Source: Eledone cirrhosa
Lineage: Eukaryota
Direction: 5' to 3'
NCBI GenBank assembly: GCA_964016885.1
Contig: OZ024751.1
Location: 52,328,001 to 52,392,000 of the forward strand
DNA length: 64,000 nucleotides
The notes beneath the pieces are model-generated. The model ran no database searches and was not told the origin of the DNA. It worked only from the letters and a program-made list of their open reading frames with translations. This document shows, piece after piece, positions 1 through 13,596 of this stretch. The position numbers and the translations under genes were made by a program. Every line of letters starts with the position of its first letter. The first letter of the stretch is position 1.

Positions 1-437
1 ATATAAATAAAATTAGTCCTTCATCAGTGATCTTCCAACTTTCATTGGTATTTCTTCGCTTTAAAGATCATATACCTCTGGTTGGTGCGAACAATAACTT
101 AAGAAAGTTATTGAGACACGTAAAATAGGGTGAAGCGAGCGAGACATGTAAACAAACAAAGATGGTAATTCAACGGAAAGAGAGGAAGAGAAGAGACAAG
201 TCCGTGATATCTATGAACTTAAGTTCTGTGAAATCATAGACGAGAGATAAAGACCATCCGACCTGGGTGAGATGTGAGCGAGAAAAGGATTTCACGCAGG
301 TCAAACGGGAGGAAGTGAGAGAGGGGGAGTAGCAGAGAGTGAGTGAGTGAAAGTGTGAGGAAGAGGCCAGCTGAGAGAGAGACTGGCAGAGGGGGTAAAA
401 AGAGGGTGAGAGATACAGAGAAAGGGGAAGGAGTAAG

Positions 438-479
<42 letters not shown>

Positions 480-994
480 GATTTCTACAGGACTAGAGAA
501 GACCAGAACTGTTTCATTTGTATGAAAACACCAGTCCTAATAATCTCATATAAATAAAACAGTTTTAGTCTTGTAGAAGTTATTTCTCTATAAAATAAAT
601 ATGTATCTTCTCTAACATATATATATATGCATTCAAAATAGGGGGCACACAGGACACAAACAATGGAAAAAACAACAGAAAGACAGACAGTCCTGTCTCC
701 TCAGTCAATATCTAGAAATCACTATGGTTTCGGTATTTTAAGGTTGATGCCATTCATTCATGCCACATTGGAACATAACAAAACAGGCAGAGGCAAGTTA
801 TGCCTTTAGGCAAATTACAGAAATATAGTGCAAGGGCTTAACCAAAGGAGAAAAAAAATATCGAAAGGAGAGAAATAGTAAAACAGAAGAGAATAATAAG
901 GACTGTAGTCCAATATGCTGACAAAAAGGAAGGACACTTAGCTGTAGAAAAAGTTAAAAGAATAGAGGAAAATGGCCCTGGACTGTGTGTGTGT

Positions 995-1057
<63 letters not shown>

Positions 1058-1144
1058 GTTATGTGTGTATAAACACACACACACCTGATAATACTAGTGT
1101 AATAATACTATATTCTCATCATTAGACGCGCACATACACACATG

Positions 1145-1765
1145 CTGGTAATGATTGCAGTGGTGGTGGTGGCAGTGGTGGTGGTGGTGTTGGTGGTATC
1201 AGTAGTGGTTGTAGTGGTGGTGGTGGCAGTGGTGGTGGTGGTGTTGGTGGTATCAGTAGTGGTTGTAGTGGTGGTGGTGGCAGTGGTGGTGGCAGTGGTG
1301 GTGGCAGTGGTGGTGATGGTGTTGGTGGTATCAGTAGTGGTTGTAGTGGTGGTGGTGGCAGTGGTTGGTGACTATAAACATATGGTGTTATTTATGTAGT
1401 CTGATTAATTACCCTTTACTTCCACATGAGTTATTTCACACTGGTTTAGTAAAACATGGGAACACTTATACATATTTAGCATGGAAATCATAGATTATAG
1501 CTGTGGTGGAGAGGGTGGTGGGAGTAGTTATTGTTGTGGTGGTGGTGGTCGTTGCAGTGGTTTTAGTGTGGTTTTTACACATTGATTCTAGTTGTGATGG
1601 TGGTTGTTGTGGTTGTGGTGCTTGTTGTGGTTGTGATAGTGGTTGTTGTGGTTGTGATGAGGTGTTTTTGGTGGTGGCTGTGGTGCTGGTGGTGGTGTGG
1701 TGGTTGAAGCAGTAGTGGGGTGGGGGGGGGGTAACGGTGGTGGTGGCAGTGGTAGTTATGGTTGT
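1145..1765 (+). repeat. (GGT/GTA)n low-complexity tracts
   Basis: Source of poly-Val ORFs; similar tracts at 2625-2927 and 13280-13555. Confidence 0.9.
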
Positions 1766-3919
1766 GTTATTCTCCTCCTAGCCACTCAACAGGTATTTTG
1801 AGATGAGGTTAACGGTAAAACTGAATGGTGAAGATGTTTGTTTCACCTGTGTTCAACCCCACTATGTGCCCTCTAGATACTGTGTACTACTGAAGCGGGG
1901 TAGGTATCTTTCCTTGATAGAACTGGGGCCTATTTCTTTAAACTTCCTATGAGATACAACTTCAAAGGAGGCCAGCTAAACCTCTATAAGTGTGAGCTGT
2001 AACAACAACAATATAATATGACTGGGGTCCAGTTCATTCTAACATGCGATATACCTCCTGTGAGACACAACCTTGTAGGAGACCAGCTAAATCGATATAA
2101 GCTGTAACAACAACAACTACAACTACAGCATTTGCACAGTTTTACAGTAAACTTGATAAATATTGGCATAACAATAAATTTCTAAATTTTTATATGTTGA
2201 ACTGGTGACAAATCTAATTGAAATGGAGTTTGAATTTATGAGATAAAATTTATCACCTGTAAAATATATATATATATATATATACCCTACCCAAGAAAAA
2301 TATTGAAATAAATAAACTACACTTTGTTGTTCTTTTGTCAACTGAGCTGGAAAGCCAACAATATTTTTTCTATCTTCACATTTTATGTAGTTTCCATAAC
2401 AAATAAGTATTAAATATCAATTCTAATAAATGTCGACATTGAAAATTTTTTTTTTCTGAAAAAAAAAAAAAAATCATTCATCTTTCTAATCTGACATGGA
2501 TAGAATGTTTTATTATTTTTATTTTTATTTTTTTAAACTTTCTTTTCTAAAATCAAATTTGGAAAGTTGCATATTGTTAGTCATTGGTTTTACAGTTGGA
2601 TACTCAGTTTGTCGATAATCACTCAGTGGTGGTTGTGGTTGTGTTGGTGGAAGAGGTGGTTGTGGTGGTGGTAGTGGTAGTGGTAGTAGAGGTGGTGGTG
2701 GTGGTAGAGGTGGGGATGGTGGTGGTAGAGATGGTGGTTGTGTTGGTGGTAGAGGTTGTTGTGGTGCTAGTAGAGGTGGTTGTGGTAGTGGTGGTGATGG
2801 TAGAGGTGGTGGTTGTGTTAGTGGTAGAGGTTGTTGTGGTAGTAGTGGTGGTAGTAGAGGTGGTGGTGGTTGTGTTAGTGGTAGAGGTTGTTGTGGTGAT
2901 AGTAGAGGTGGTAGTGGTAGAGGTGGTTATTACCAATTTGTCCCATCAGACAAATGTTACCAGGCAGTTATGTCACCTTGCAGGGTAGCTTGATAGTTTG
3001 AATAACAGGAGCAGATTTCAGCTTGCACAGAGATCCTGGTTGAAAATTTCATCAAGGCCCTTGTGTCAAAATGATTTTCATATAATATATTATTTAAGGG
3101 TGATGGATGGCGGAATTGGTAGAGCATTGGATGAAATTCCAGTTTTAGATTCTGAGTTCAAATCCCACAGAGCTCAAGTACTGGGGTTGATTTAATCAAC
3201 TTTGCTCTTTTCCAAAAATTTGCTGGCCTTGTACTAAATTAGAAATAAATATAATATATTATTTATTGTAGCAAAAAATTAAATCTGGGACCCTTTAAAT
3301 ATTGAGGGATCCTGCCCACATCCAAGTCAGATGGCCCATACCCCACCAAAAATCTTCCATTGGTGGTTAGTTGGAATAGATCTATCACCTGGTTTATCAC
3401 CACCACCTGGTCTTTGAGTGTCTTAAATAGAGTTCAGTTTGTAGCTAGTATTCATACCAGGTATTTGGATTTGAGGTTGACTGCCTTCTTTTCTTTCATG
3501 CATCTTGAAGGCCCTGATAAAATAAAGGATTGTGGGTACTTCCCTGAATACCCCCTTCCCCTGCCTAGTAAGGTTTTGAACTTGTGTAGTCCAGTAGCTA
3601 ACTTGAAAACCATTAGCAGAGAATTGGTTAAAGTTTCAGTGGGGCACTGTCAGATAGATTGGCGCAGGATAGGGTTTTCAAAATGTTCGTTTGTGTTGTT
3701 AAACATCTGTGAATCCATGCCAGAATAATGGTAAAACAGATGTTAAAACAGAGATACAGTTTTTAAAACTTCCCAAAGTAATATTATATTTAAAATTAGT
3801 TGAATATATAGTAAGACAATTTAAAAACATGGACCACGTTTCACTTGGTAGTAGTGTAATATTTGCACTGATATATATCATCATCATCATCATCGTTTAA
3901 TGGCTATCTTCCATGCTAT

Positions 3920-4301
3920 CATCATCATCATCATCATTTTACGTCCGCTTTTCCCTGCTTGTAAGGGTGGGACGGGAACTGATTCTGGCTTGATTTCTAC
4001 AGCTGGATGCCCTTCCTAACACCAACCTCATTTACAGTGAGTGCTGGGTGCTTTTTTTCCGTGGCACCTACATGTCCACTTTACAGTGTGGGCTGGGTGC
4101 TTTTTTGCCATGGCACCTCCACGACCACTTTGCAGTGGAATGATAGGGACCCCAGTCCTATCATCTCATTTCTACAGCTGAGTAAACTGGAGCAATGTGA
4201 AATAAAGTGTCTTGTCAAGGAAACAACACATCACCCGGTCTGAGAATTGAACTCACAACCTTTCGATTGCAAGCCCAATGCTCTAACCACTAAGCCATGT
4301 G
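3920..4301 (-). mobile_element. Family B SINE, close to the 23180 copy
   Basis: Reverse complement of 23180-23525 with one extra internal ~40-bp unit. Confidence 0.85.
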
Positions 4302-5906
4302 TCTCTCTCTCTCTATATATATATACACACACACACATACATACATCCACACTCACACACACATACATACATCCACACTCACACACACATACATACATCC
4401 ACACACATACTCTCTCTTGCACAAACAAACACAATGTTCACGCAAACAAATACACACACACTCATTCTGGAATGTATTGAGGAAGGGAGAGAGAGAAAAA
4501 TAAAATACAGTTCATCTTATTGGTAAATCTTCACTTATCATCACCATCATGCTCCACCAACTGGTACCACTTCACCAAACCAAGATTTTGCTCCTTGTCT
4601 CTACTACTACTGGTCCAACATTCTCCTGTGCTATCAACCTCTTCCCTGTATGTCTTATACCCTACAACCATCATACACCACCTCAACCCACCAGTTTTCC
4701 ACCCCATTTCTTTATTTATTTAATCAATTTAAATAGCCATATAGAATTAGTAAGCCATGAGAGGCCAAGAGGAGGCATCTAATACCTTTTAAGAGACGAA
4801 AACAATAGAGACAGAAAGGGGAATGGAGAGGAACCAGGAGGCAAAATAAGCATAAATTAGGAAAAAAGTCACCATTTTCTTTTGTTTATCACAACACCCT
4901 CTCCTTAACATTTTCCTAATATTTTTTTTAATATTTCTCCTGAGAAGAATGTTCTACATATAGATATGTAACCTTCTAGCATGAGTCTATCAGGTTGCCT
5001 CTGTGGTTACTCAACCTCCTAGAAATATTAGCCAAATCACTTTCTCCTAAGTATTTTCCAAATGTTTTCTATAATATCCCTCTTCAGAATTGTGACCCTC
5101 TGGAATGTTCTACACATAGATATGTAACCTCTTCTAAATAAGCTTGTCAGGTTGCTTGTATGTAGTTGCTTGACTTCTTAGAAATAATAGCCAATTCACC
5201 CTCAAACGAAACCATATTTGCATCATCATTTTACAACTATTTTCCATGACACCCTATTTTCATCATCATTTTACAACTATTTTCCATGCTTTCATGGATT
5301 GAACGGATCCGAGACACAGTCTGCTTGGAGAACCACATTTTGCTCATACATTCCATGTTTTGGTATGGCTTCTATGTCTGGTTGCTCCTCCTAATGCTAA
5401 CCACTTTGCAGAGTGTACTAGGTGCATTTTATAATGGTACCAGTGCTTGAGAAGTTGTCTGTCAGCTTGCCAAACTGTAAATTGTAATTATTTTATTAAG
5501 GAGATTAGGACACATAAGTAGTAAAAGAGTGTGTATATTGTAGAGCTAGCATAGGGTGGAAAATATCCAGACACCAGCTCAGGTTGTAGAGAAAACGTTA
5601 GGGGAATCTATGAAGAGAATATATAACATTACTACTGCTGCTACTTTGGTGGGATTTTTTTGTTGTTAATAACTAAAATGTTAATGACCCCCCCCCCCCT
5701 CCTTTCTATGTTGACACTGATGTCAGACACACCCTTTCTTCATGTTACACTTGAGAAATATCAGGAGACCTAACAATTAAACAAGATCAATTGCAGTTTT
5801 AGTCTCTACAACTGTTGAAAGATTGCTTGCCTTAAATTAACATCAGATATGGTGCAAGATGCTGTGTGTGTATGTGCATGCAGCACATGTCGAAAAAAAT
5901 TAGAGT

Positions 5907-5932
<26 letters not shown>

Positions 5933-5937
<5 letters not shown>

Positions 5938-6780
5938 TGGGTGACAAAATCAGCAGTGGTGGAGGGTGTTCTGAAAGTACAGTAGCTAGAGTCAGAACTG
6001 GATGGAAAAAGTTCAGAGAGCTTATACCACTATTAGCCGCTAAAGGGTTCTCTCTAAAAATTAAAGGCAGGCTGTATGATGCCTGCATACGAACAGCAAT
6101 GTTACATGGCAGTGAGACCTGGGCATTGTGTGCAGAGGATATACGCAGACTGAAGAGGAACGAAGCTTGCATGCTCCGCTGGATGTGTAATAGTAATATA
6201 CGTGAACGGTAAAGCATAAACGAACTAAGGGAAAAATTAGAAATAAGAGGGATCAGATGTTGTTTACTCGAGAGAAGACTACGTTGGTATGGTCACGTGA
6301 GGCGCATGAAAGACGACAGCTGTATAAAAAAGTGCAGGGCAATAAAAATAGACGGTAGCCACGGAGTAGGCAGACCCAGAAAAACCTGGGACGACTTGAT
6401 AAATTCAGACCTCACACACTTACACCTCTCCAAGACAATGTCACTGGACCGAGATCTCTGGCGCTACACAGTAATACAGAAGACCCGCCTTACCTAAAAG
6501 TACAAAGTGAAACCTACTACAGTCAGTAGGCACCTCTAACAAAATACACCCCGTCCCACTACCCCCACCCCTTCCACACCACCCCTTTCAATGTAAAGTC
6601 ATGTTGGTACCACAACATCCAGTCCGAAACAAATGAGGTCGTGTAGGTGTCACGACAAAAAAACACACAGTCCACGCTGTAATGTGGCCGTGTAGGTAAC
6701 ACGGTAAAAACCTCCCAGTTCCACACTGTAAATGTGGTTGGTGTTAGGAAGGGCATCCAACGATGATGACGACGACGAAG
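5933..6780 (+). mobile_element. 5'-truncated RTE-clade LINE (RT C-terminus + 3' UTR)
   Basis: YLGDKISSGGGCSESTVARVRTGWKKFREL...MLHGSETW...LRWM, then (past a stop) RLRWYGHVRRM...GRPRKTWDD...DRDLWR; (GAT/GAC)n tail. Confidence 0.9.
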
Positions 6781-6877
6781 CACAGGAGGCAATTTTTTAG
6801 TTATATTGGGTTCACACTTGTATACATACACATCTCAAATTTATATATATCTACATATATAATATATATATATAAAG

Positions 6878-7186
6878 GGTAAAGAGTAAAGACCCCCTTT
6901 GGTCATGAATGATTGTGGGTTTTGCACCTAGAAAGTTCCCCTCTGAGGCACAAGTCCAGGCAAGGTTGTTTGTGGAAGACCATCAGTCACCCATGCATAC
7001 CAGTCTCCTCTCTCCATACCACCAATGTTGTCTAAGGGAAAGGCAATGGCTGATACAGCTGAGTAAACTGGAGCAACGTGAAATAGTGTCTTGCTCAAGG
7101 AAACAACACATCACTTGGTCCGAGAATTGAACTCACAATCTCCAATTGCAAGCCCAATGCTCTAATCACTAAGCCATGTCCTTCAC
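6878..7186 (-). mobile_element. SINE with family B head and a different 3' body
   Basis: Head matches family B (7055-7186); body ...GGACTTGTGCCTCAGAGGGGAACTTTCTAGGTGC... differs. Further B-head copies at ~19375, ~24411-24715 and ~27745-28016. Confidence 0.7.
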
Positions 7187-9030
7187 ATTTTATATTTATA
7201 CACATACAGTGGAACTTCATGAATGAACGCTTCCCATCACAAACAAATCATGGAGGAGTAGTGTATCTCATGGTGAGGAAGATAGTACTGTATTTTATGT
7301 TAGGTAAATCTTATAAATCTCTGTGTGGTGTTGTGTGGAGTTTGAAACATGGGTTGTGGAGAGGGAGAGTGGGTAGAATCTTAGAACAGAATGTAAAGTG
7401 AAGAATGACTTGACAGACTGACTGACTGACTGACAGACTGACTGATTGACAGACAGACAGACTAGCAGACAAGCAGACATAGTGACTTGCAAACAGACAG
7501 ACAAACAGATATAGTGACAGACAGACTGACAAGCAGATGTGCTGGCAGGGAGACTGGCTGACTGAAAGGAAGTGAGCAAAATATGTAGGAATTTTCAGCA
7601 TTGTATGTAAATGTGGTAAGTATATCTGTTAGAACACGAAAAGTGTGAAACAACAGAATGTTCACTTTTCGTGTTCTAACATATATGCCTAGCTTCTATA
7701 AAAAATTTTCGGGGATAGCCGTGGTGGTGGTGATCGTATGTCATTGGCTAATTTTCAACCAATCAGAGTACCTCTCTCTATATCTCTTCCACTGTTACTT
7801 ACGCCTGTTTCTCTCTATCTGTTCCGTCTCTATATATATCTCTTACTCTTTCGCTTTGCACTCCTCCCCTTCAATACCATCTCTCCCCCTCTCTATATAT
7901 TTGTTACTCTATCGCTGCACGCTCCTCTCCTTCAATATATCAATTACACACGCTTTACACTCCTTTATCCCCAGCGCCCCTATATATACATCCCCCCTCT
8001 CCCGCATCTATATTTTAATGTACCGTTGCACCGTGAATATATGTGTCTATATATATATATACATATATATTGTATATACACATTCATGTATGTGTATACA
8101 CACTCATGTATGTATATACACTGGTTTTATGTGTGTATTGTAAATTTGTACTGTTAAAACACGAAACTAACATTCGATTGACACTTTGATTACCTGTACA
8201 GGCAATAGTTATTAGAATGCTGTTGAAGTGTGTATATATTTTTTGGGGACATCCTGTATATACACACATTATATATAATACAATAAACAGATAAATACAC
8301 ACATATATATATGAGCTTATTTAATTATAAATATTGTGAATTTTTAACTCAGTTCAATTATATATATAAATGGCTTCTACAGGACTAGAACTGTTTCATT
8401 CGAAAGAAATCATCATAATATTGAGAGGGGGGACTAGATAAAATATTTCAAATCAAATGTGTATAAGTTATAAGTTAAAATGTATAAATAGAGACGATAG
8501 TGGAGGTATATCTGTTTAGTGGAACAGTAGACGATAGAATTAAATACAGACGATAATCTCCCTTTAATGAAACAGCAGACGATAGAATTAAGGCAATTTA
8601 AATTTTAAGCATTTGCATTTTTGCCTTTCATCGTTACGGGGTCGATAAAATAAAGTACCAGTAATACACTGTCACGAGACGACTTTCAAATTGAATTGTT
8701 GGTTCCATTTCTTTAGTATTTTCAATTGTAGTTATCTACTTAAAAAGCGTTACACGGTTAGAGACATAATTCGTAAGTTATATCTTCCCTATTAAACCAT
8801 TGCATTATTTCGCCTACAATAGAACAAAAATGAAATGTTCTTTAAAGAAACAGGAATATAACTTTATAAAAAAAAAAGTTGCATCCGCTTCTTTTATCAT
8901 TGATAATTTTTTCGTTTTAATATTAATTGTTTTTTGTAGTTGTTTATATTAAAAATCTTACTGTAATATTTACTTAAACGAAGGCAAACATCTAAACTTA
9001 TAGATTAATCTTGAGCGAAGGACTAGATAA

Positions 9031-9106
<76 letters not shown>

Positions 9107-9606
9107 GAAGAATGATAAAATTTCAAGCAAAGAGTTTAATTAGGTATATTTTGTAATATTATTAACTAATTATTATAATTAACGCGCATATTTTGCTATC
9201 CTCAAACACGTTTACACATGGCATGAAATATAACTAATCCGAGATGGCTAGGTTTCATCTTCTAACTGGATATACGAAATCCATTATGTCTTGACAACAA
9301 CATGAGGTAACATTATGTTATTCACAGACACACTTTGTACACTGTTCCATATCAGAATGTATTTCCTTCGTCACATTCACAAACAGTATTGAAAATATGT
9401 TCTTCGGCAAATAAAAATGTTTTGTTCATAATATTTCAACTAGCGATTGCTCTACTCCACGCACGACCACCATAAATTAATGACCAGCTCAACACAAGTA
9501 TTGGTAGAGCGTCAGACACCATGCTTTGCAGTATTGTTATGGTCCTTTGCATTAAAAAGTGAGTTGCTTAAGATAACAATTTAATCACAAATTGTTGCTA
9601 TCTTTT

Positions 9607-9789
9607 AATTGTTTCTACTTTTGGCACAAGGCCAGCAATTACCCAGTGCATTACTGGTACTTTATTTTATCGACCCCGTAAGGATGAAAGGCAAAGTCAA
9701 CCTCGGCGGGATTTGAACTCAGATCGTAAAGGGACGTAACTATGCTGGAAAGCATGGCGTCCGACCCTCTACCGATACTGCCAATCCAC
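9607..9789 (-). mobile_element. tRNA-derived SINE, family A
   Basis: Minus strand A box TGGCAGTATCGG, B box GAGTTCAAATCC, core GCCTTTCATCCTTACGGGGTCGATAAAATAAAGTACCAG. Confidence 0.85.
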
Positions 9790-10144
9790 ACACTCCAACA
9801 AGTCATCAAATTATGTACAATAAAAACAAATCTTATTAATTTGTTCAGGGAATATAAAGAAAATGTATATACACTGATAATTGCAATTGTATGTAAATAT
9901 TTTGTTTTTGTATTGTATATTTTATGTTTTCTATTATGTATAATATATTGATTTAATATTGATTGTTTTTTGTAGTTGTTTATATTAAAAGTCTGAAAAT
10001 ATTTTTATACATCTTACACTAATATTTATAAGATAATTTATAATAACAATTACATAATCTAATTACATTACAACGATAATTTATTATTAATATATATCCT
10101 GTTTAACTAGAGTTATTACAAGCGTTGCCTTAAAAAAATATTAA

Positions 10145-11101
10145 ACTAGACATGAAAAATGCGCAAGCTCAAAAGTGCCACAGAATGTTATAATAAACCT
10201 TCAAAAGTGTGGGACTAGAGTTGTTGCTAAAAAATATTGTAATCATTATATATCGTACATTCTGTGGCATCCTTTATAAAAATAGCTTAAACCAACGAAG
10301 CCTTTATTTTTACGCTATTTCACTTAGTTAATTCTTAGAGTGTAACATATAAAAATAAATACATCTATGTTTAATGTAATAACAGCTATAAATAATTACG
10401 TAATATTATTATCATATACTCATAGTAACAAAATAATTGTGTTGAAACTTAATATGATGCTTATATGAACGATCAAATCTATAATGATAATTTCTTAAAT
10501 ATACTAATAGTAAAATAATTTAGTTATCTATTGTTACATTTTCATAGAACTATAATATTAACAATCGTATTGCATTATCAAATTTTTATCACTACAAACT
10601 TTCATATTGGAATTACCTTAAGCCACTTATTATTACTTCGCTTTCGTACTTTTACAGCTGTAGATATTGCGCTGTATCTTATATCTAATATCAATATCTC
10701 GTGGTAATTTGCATGAAGTGTAAAATAGGTTTATTAATAACTTTAATATGAAATGTATTATACAGGGCTGCGGAGTCGGCCAAAAATTGACTGGCTCCAA
10801 CTCAGGATCCGATACTCCATTATTTCCTAAATTTCAGCTCCGCAGCTCTGTTATTATATTAATTAATTTATTTTATAGTTGTAAATCATATTTTTATATG
10901 TTACACTCTAAGAATTAACTAAGTGAAATAGCGTAAAAATAAAGGCTTCGTTGGTTTAAGCTATTTTTATAAAGGATGCCACAGAATGTACGATATATAA
11001 TGATTACAATATTTTTTAGCAACAACTCTAGTCCCACACTTTTGAAGGTTTATTATAACATTCTGTGGCACTTTTGAGCTTGCGCATTTTTCATGTCTAG
11101 T
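10145..11101. mobile_element. Non-autonomous element (MITE-like) with ~213-bp terminal inverted repeats
   Basis: 10145-10357 is an apparently perfect reverse complement of 10889-11101; termini ACTAGACATG...CATGTCTAGT; AT-rich non-coding interior. Confidence 0.85.
10763..10850. mobile_element. 88-bp hAT-type MITE nested in the TIR element
   Basis: CAGGGCTGCGGAG...CTCCGCAGCTCTG termini; 8-bp flanks GTATTATA / TTATTATA. Confidence 0.7.
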
Positions 11102-11823
11102 ATTACATGTGGTGATGGTGGTGGTGGCAGTGGTTGGCCAAGAGAAGGAGGGCAAGAAGGGTGTGGAGGATGTGTTGTTAGATAAGTCCCTTAATAAAGC
11201 TGTTCTGCATCATAGATGAGATGGGGTGAAGTGGGAAGTATGAGTGTATGATGAGTTGGGTGGGACTGTATGCCCAGATCTCCATCCATGACTGTTTCGA
11301 GGAAAGCTATAACGATAATGATGTTAATCCATTTGATACCAATCTGCCTGAAACTCATAATTTTATACAAGAACCTTTAGGTTATGCTCCCCTTTTGATA
11401 CCAAATTGCCTGAAACTGCCCCTGGTTTTATGACCCAAAACTGCTTATTCTAAATTGTCTGTATCTAAATAAACACCTTTGAGCATAATTTTATCTAAGA
11501 ACCTTTTGTTTCTAATATTGGCTGGTAGATAGTGTCAACAATGGAAAGACCACTGTTTCCTTGGTCTGATTTTACTTATAAGTTATAGCTTAGGACCCTC
11601 GAGGGCCTAACTTTTGAAAAGTTATTTTTATTTTATCATTAGTTTTTGTTCTTTAACACTAAATCATCTAACATTATCTGTATATTATTTATTCTTTATC
11701 ATTAATATTAATATAAAAAATAATAATGTTTTTTTAAAGAAGGACCTCAAATTTCATATTTAGGGTCTCAGCAGGTGAAAGTCTTAATTGATCACTCAAC
11801 TTTTAATCTTCCCTATCTATGAT

Positions 11824-11864
<41 letters not shown>

Positions 11865-11970
11865 CGAATAAAATGATCTCATTCTCCCTAAACCCTTTGT
11901 TGTATTCCTATTTAACATGTTATATATATATATATATAATTTTTTTTTGCAGTAACTGCAACCATGCGCA

Positions 11971-12240
11971 ATGGAGACTTCTGCGCTAGAAAGTGGGGAC
12001 AGCGGAAACCCCAATGCACTGTTTGATCAGTTTGTAAATGCAGGGACATGTAAATCTATCTTGCATACATTCCAACTACTGTGTGATGCCTTGGAGATTA
12101 AACAGACGGATCATCGACATTTCTACCGGAGGTTGAAGTTAAAATTGACATCATGGAAGGCTCAGTCATTGTGGGCAAAGCTGGACAAAAGAGCCAGCCA
12201 CAAAGAATACAGGAAAGGAGAAGCTTGCACAAATACCAAG
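11971..12240 (+). CDS. MICAL: MICAL coding exon 1 (N-terminus of monooxygenase domain)
   Basis: METSALES...LFDQFVNAGTCKSILHTF...WKAQSLWAKLDKRASHKEYRKGEAC matches the MICAL N-terminal region. Acceptor ttttgcag ends 11952, an in-frame TAA at 11953 precedes the ATG, and donor gtatgt starts 12241 (phase 0). Confidence 0.93.
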
Positions 12241-12591
12241 GTATGTTGTTGAATTGTGACTGGTTTGATAGGTTTGTTTCACACTTCTCACTTGAAATAT
12301 CTATAAAAAAAAAAAAATTCTTTTTATCAGCTATTAGTGGAAATGATTTAAAACAGAATCTGTTGTGCAAATAGGCATTACAAAAGAAATATCACCTTGA
12401 TATGTAAAATTGTATGCCTGCAGGTGGTTGATGCAGTTTCTGTTTTATGTTACTGATTATTTGTATACATTTTATGCTGATACTGTGTGTGTGTGTGTGG
12501 TCTAACCCATGCAGGCATACAAAATTTGATCTAAAGTAAGGACTCACACACAACATTATCATAATCGTTTAATGTCCATTTTTTTCCAGAA

Positions 12592-12652
<61 letters not shown>

Positions 12653-12656
<4 letters not shown>

Positions 12657-12819
12657 GGGCTGCTGAAAAGTTCCTGGCTTTAAGGGAATTGCGAAAGGGT
12701 AGAGATGTTATGTTTACAAGGGAGGTAGGACTGCTGCAATAAGTGTGAGCATCTGAGGGGGAATATATTGAATAAAATCATAATTAATAGATTCTCCTGT
12801 ATTAATAGATTCCCCTTCG
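12653..12819. mobile_element. mariner-derived MITE remnant in (TA)n
   Basis: TA|TGAGGGGCTGCTGAAAAGTTC mariner-type TIR start and ...CCCCTTCG|TA end. Confidence 0.6.
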
Positions 12820-13023
12820 TATATATATATATAAGATGGAGGGTCTGTGGTTTTTGAGAAAAACCACAGACCCTCCATTTTCGATTTCATCTTTTTTTCT
12901 TTATACTTTCACTTGTGTAGGACACCTCGGTTATTTTTCATTTTGTAAAAAAACCTCACTTTCTAATATATATATATATATGTTTACATATATATATGTA
13001 TATCATTGTTGTTGTTATTTCAG

Positions 13024-13231
13024 GTACTCATTATAGGTTCAGGGCCATGTGGTTTGAGGACAGCGATAGAGATTGCTTTGCTTGGTGGCAAGGTCGTCGT
13101 TTTAGAAAAACGAGATAGCTTTTCACGTAACAACGTACTGCATCTGTGGCCATTCTTGATAACTGACCTCAAGAATTTTGGTGCAAAGAAGTTCTTCGGC
13201 AAGTTCTGTGCTGGTGCCATTGATCATATCA
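13024..13231 (+). CDS. MICAL: MICAL coding exon 2 (FAD-binding GxGxxG)
   Basis: [16 protein letters not shown]...[17 protein letters not shown]...[15 protein letters not shown]; tttcag / gtaagt; phase 0-1. Confidence 0.96.
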
Positions 13232-13596
13232 GTAAGTTTGATTGATTCATATTTCTAAATAGATATCTGTGTTGATGTTAGTGTTGTTGTTGTGTTATTG
13301 GTGGTTGTGTTGGTTTTGGTGTTTGTGTTGTTGTTAGTGGTAATGTTGATGTTGGTATTGGTGGTGTTTTTGGTGTTGGTATTGGTGGTGATGTTGATGT
13401 TCTTGGTGGTGTTAGTATTGGTGGTGTTGTTGGTGTTGTTGTTGGTATTGGTAGTGTTGTTGGTGTTTGTATTGGCGGTGTTGATGTTGGTGTTTGTATT
13501 GGTGGTGTTGATGTTGGTGTTTGTATTGGTGGTGTTGATGTTAGTGTTGGTGTTGTCTGCCTGTTAAACAAACCTTTGTGTCTTCTCTTTCTGCAG

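Noticed and set aside
2584-2988. Poly-Val / poly-Thr mucin-like ORFs (also 1142, 13278, 15845, 32699, 33206)
   Set aside because: Microsatellite translations with no supporting exon structure.
3300-3730. 122-aa ORF and GC-richer stretch
   Set aside because: No motif I recognise on either strand; possibly an old TE fragment, which would need BLASTX to resolve.
7207-8260. Isolated Tc1/pogo-like TIR ends (CAGTGGAACTTC at 7207; GGGGACATCCTGTA near 8250)
   Set aside because: The two ends do not match each other and no partner TIR or transposase is visible, so an element cannot be delimited.
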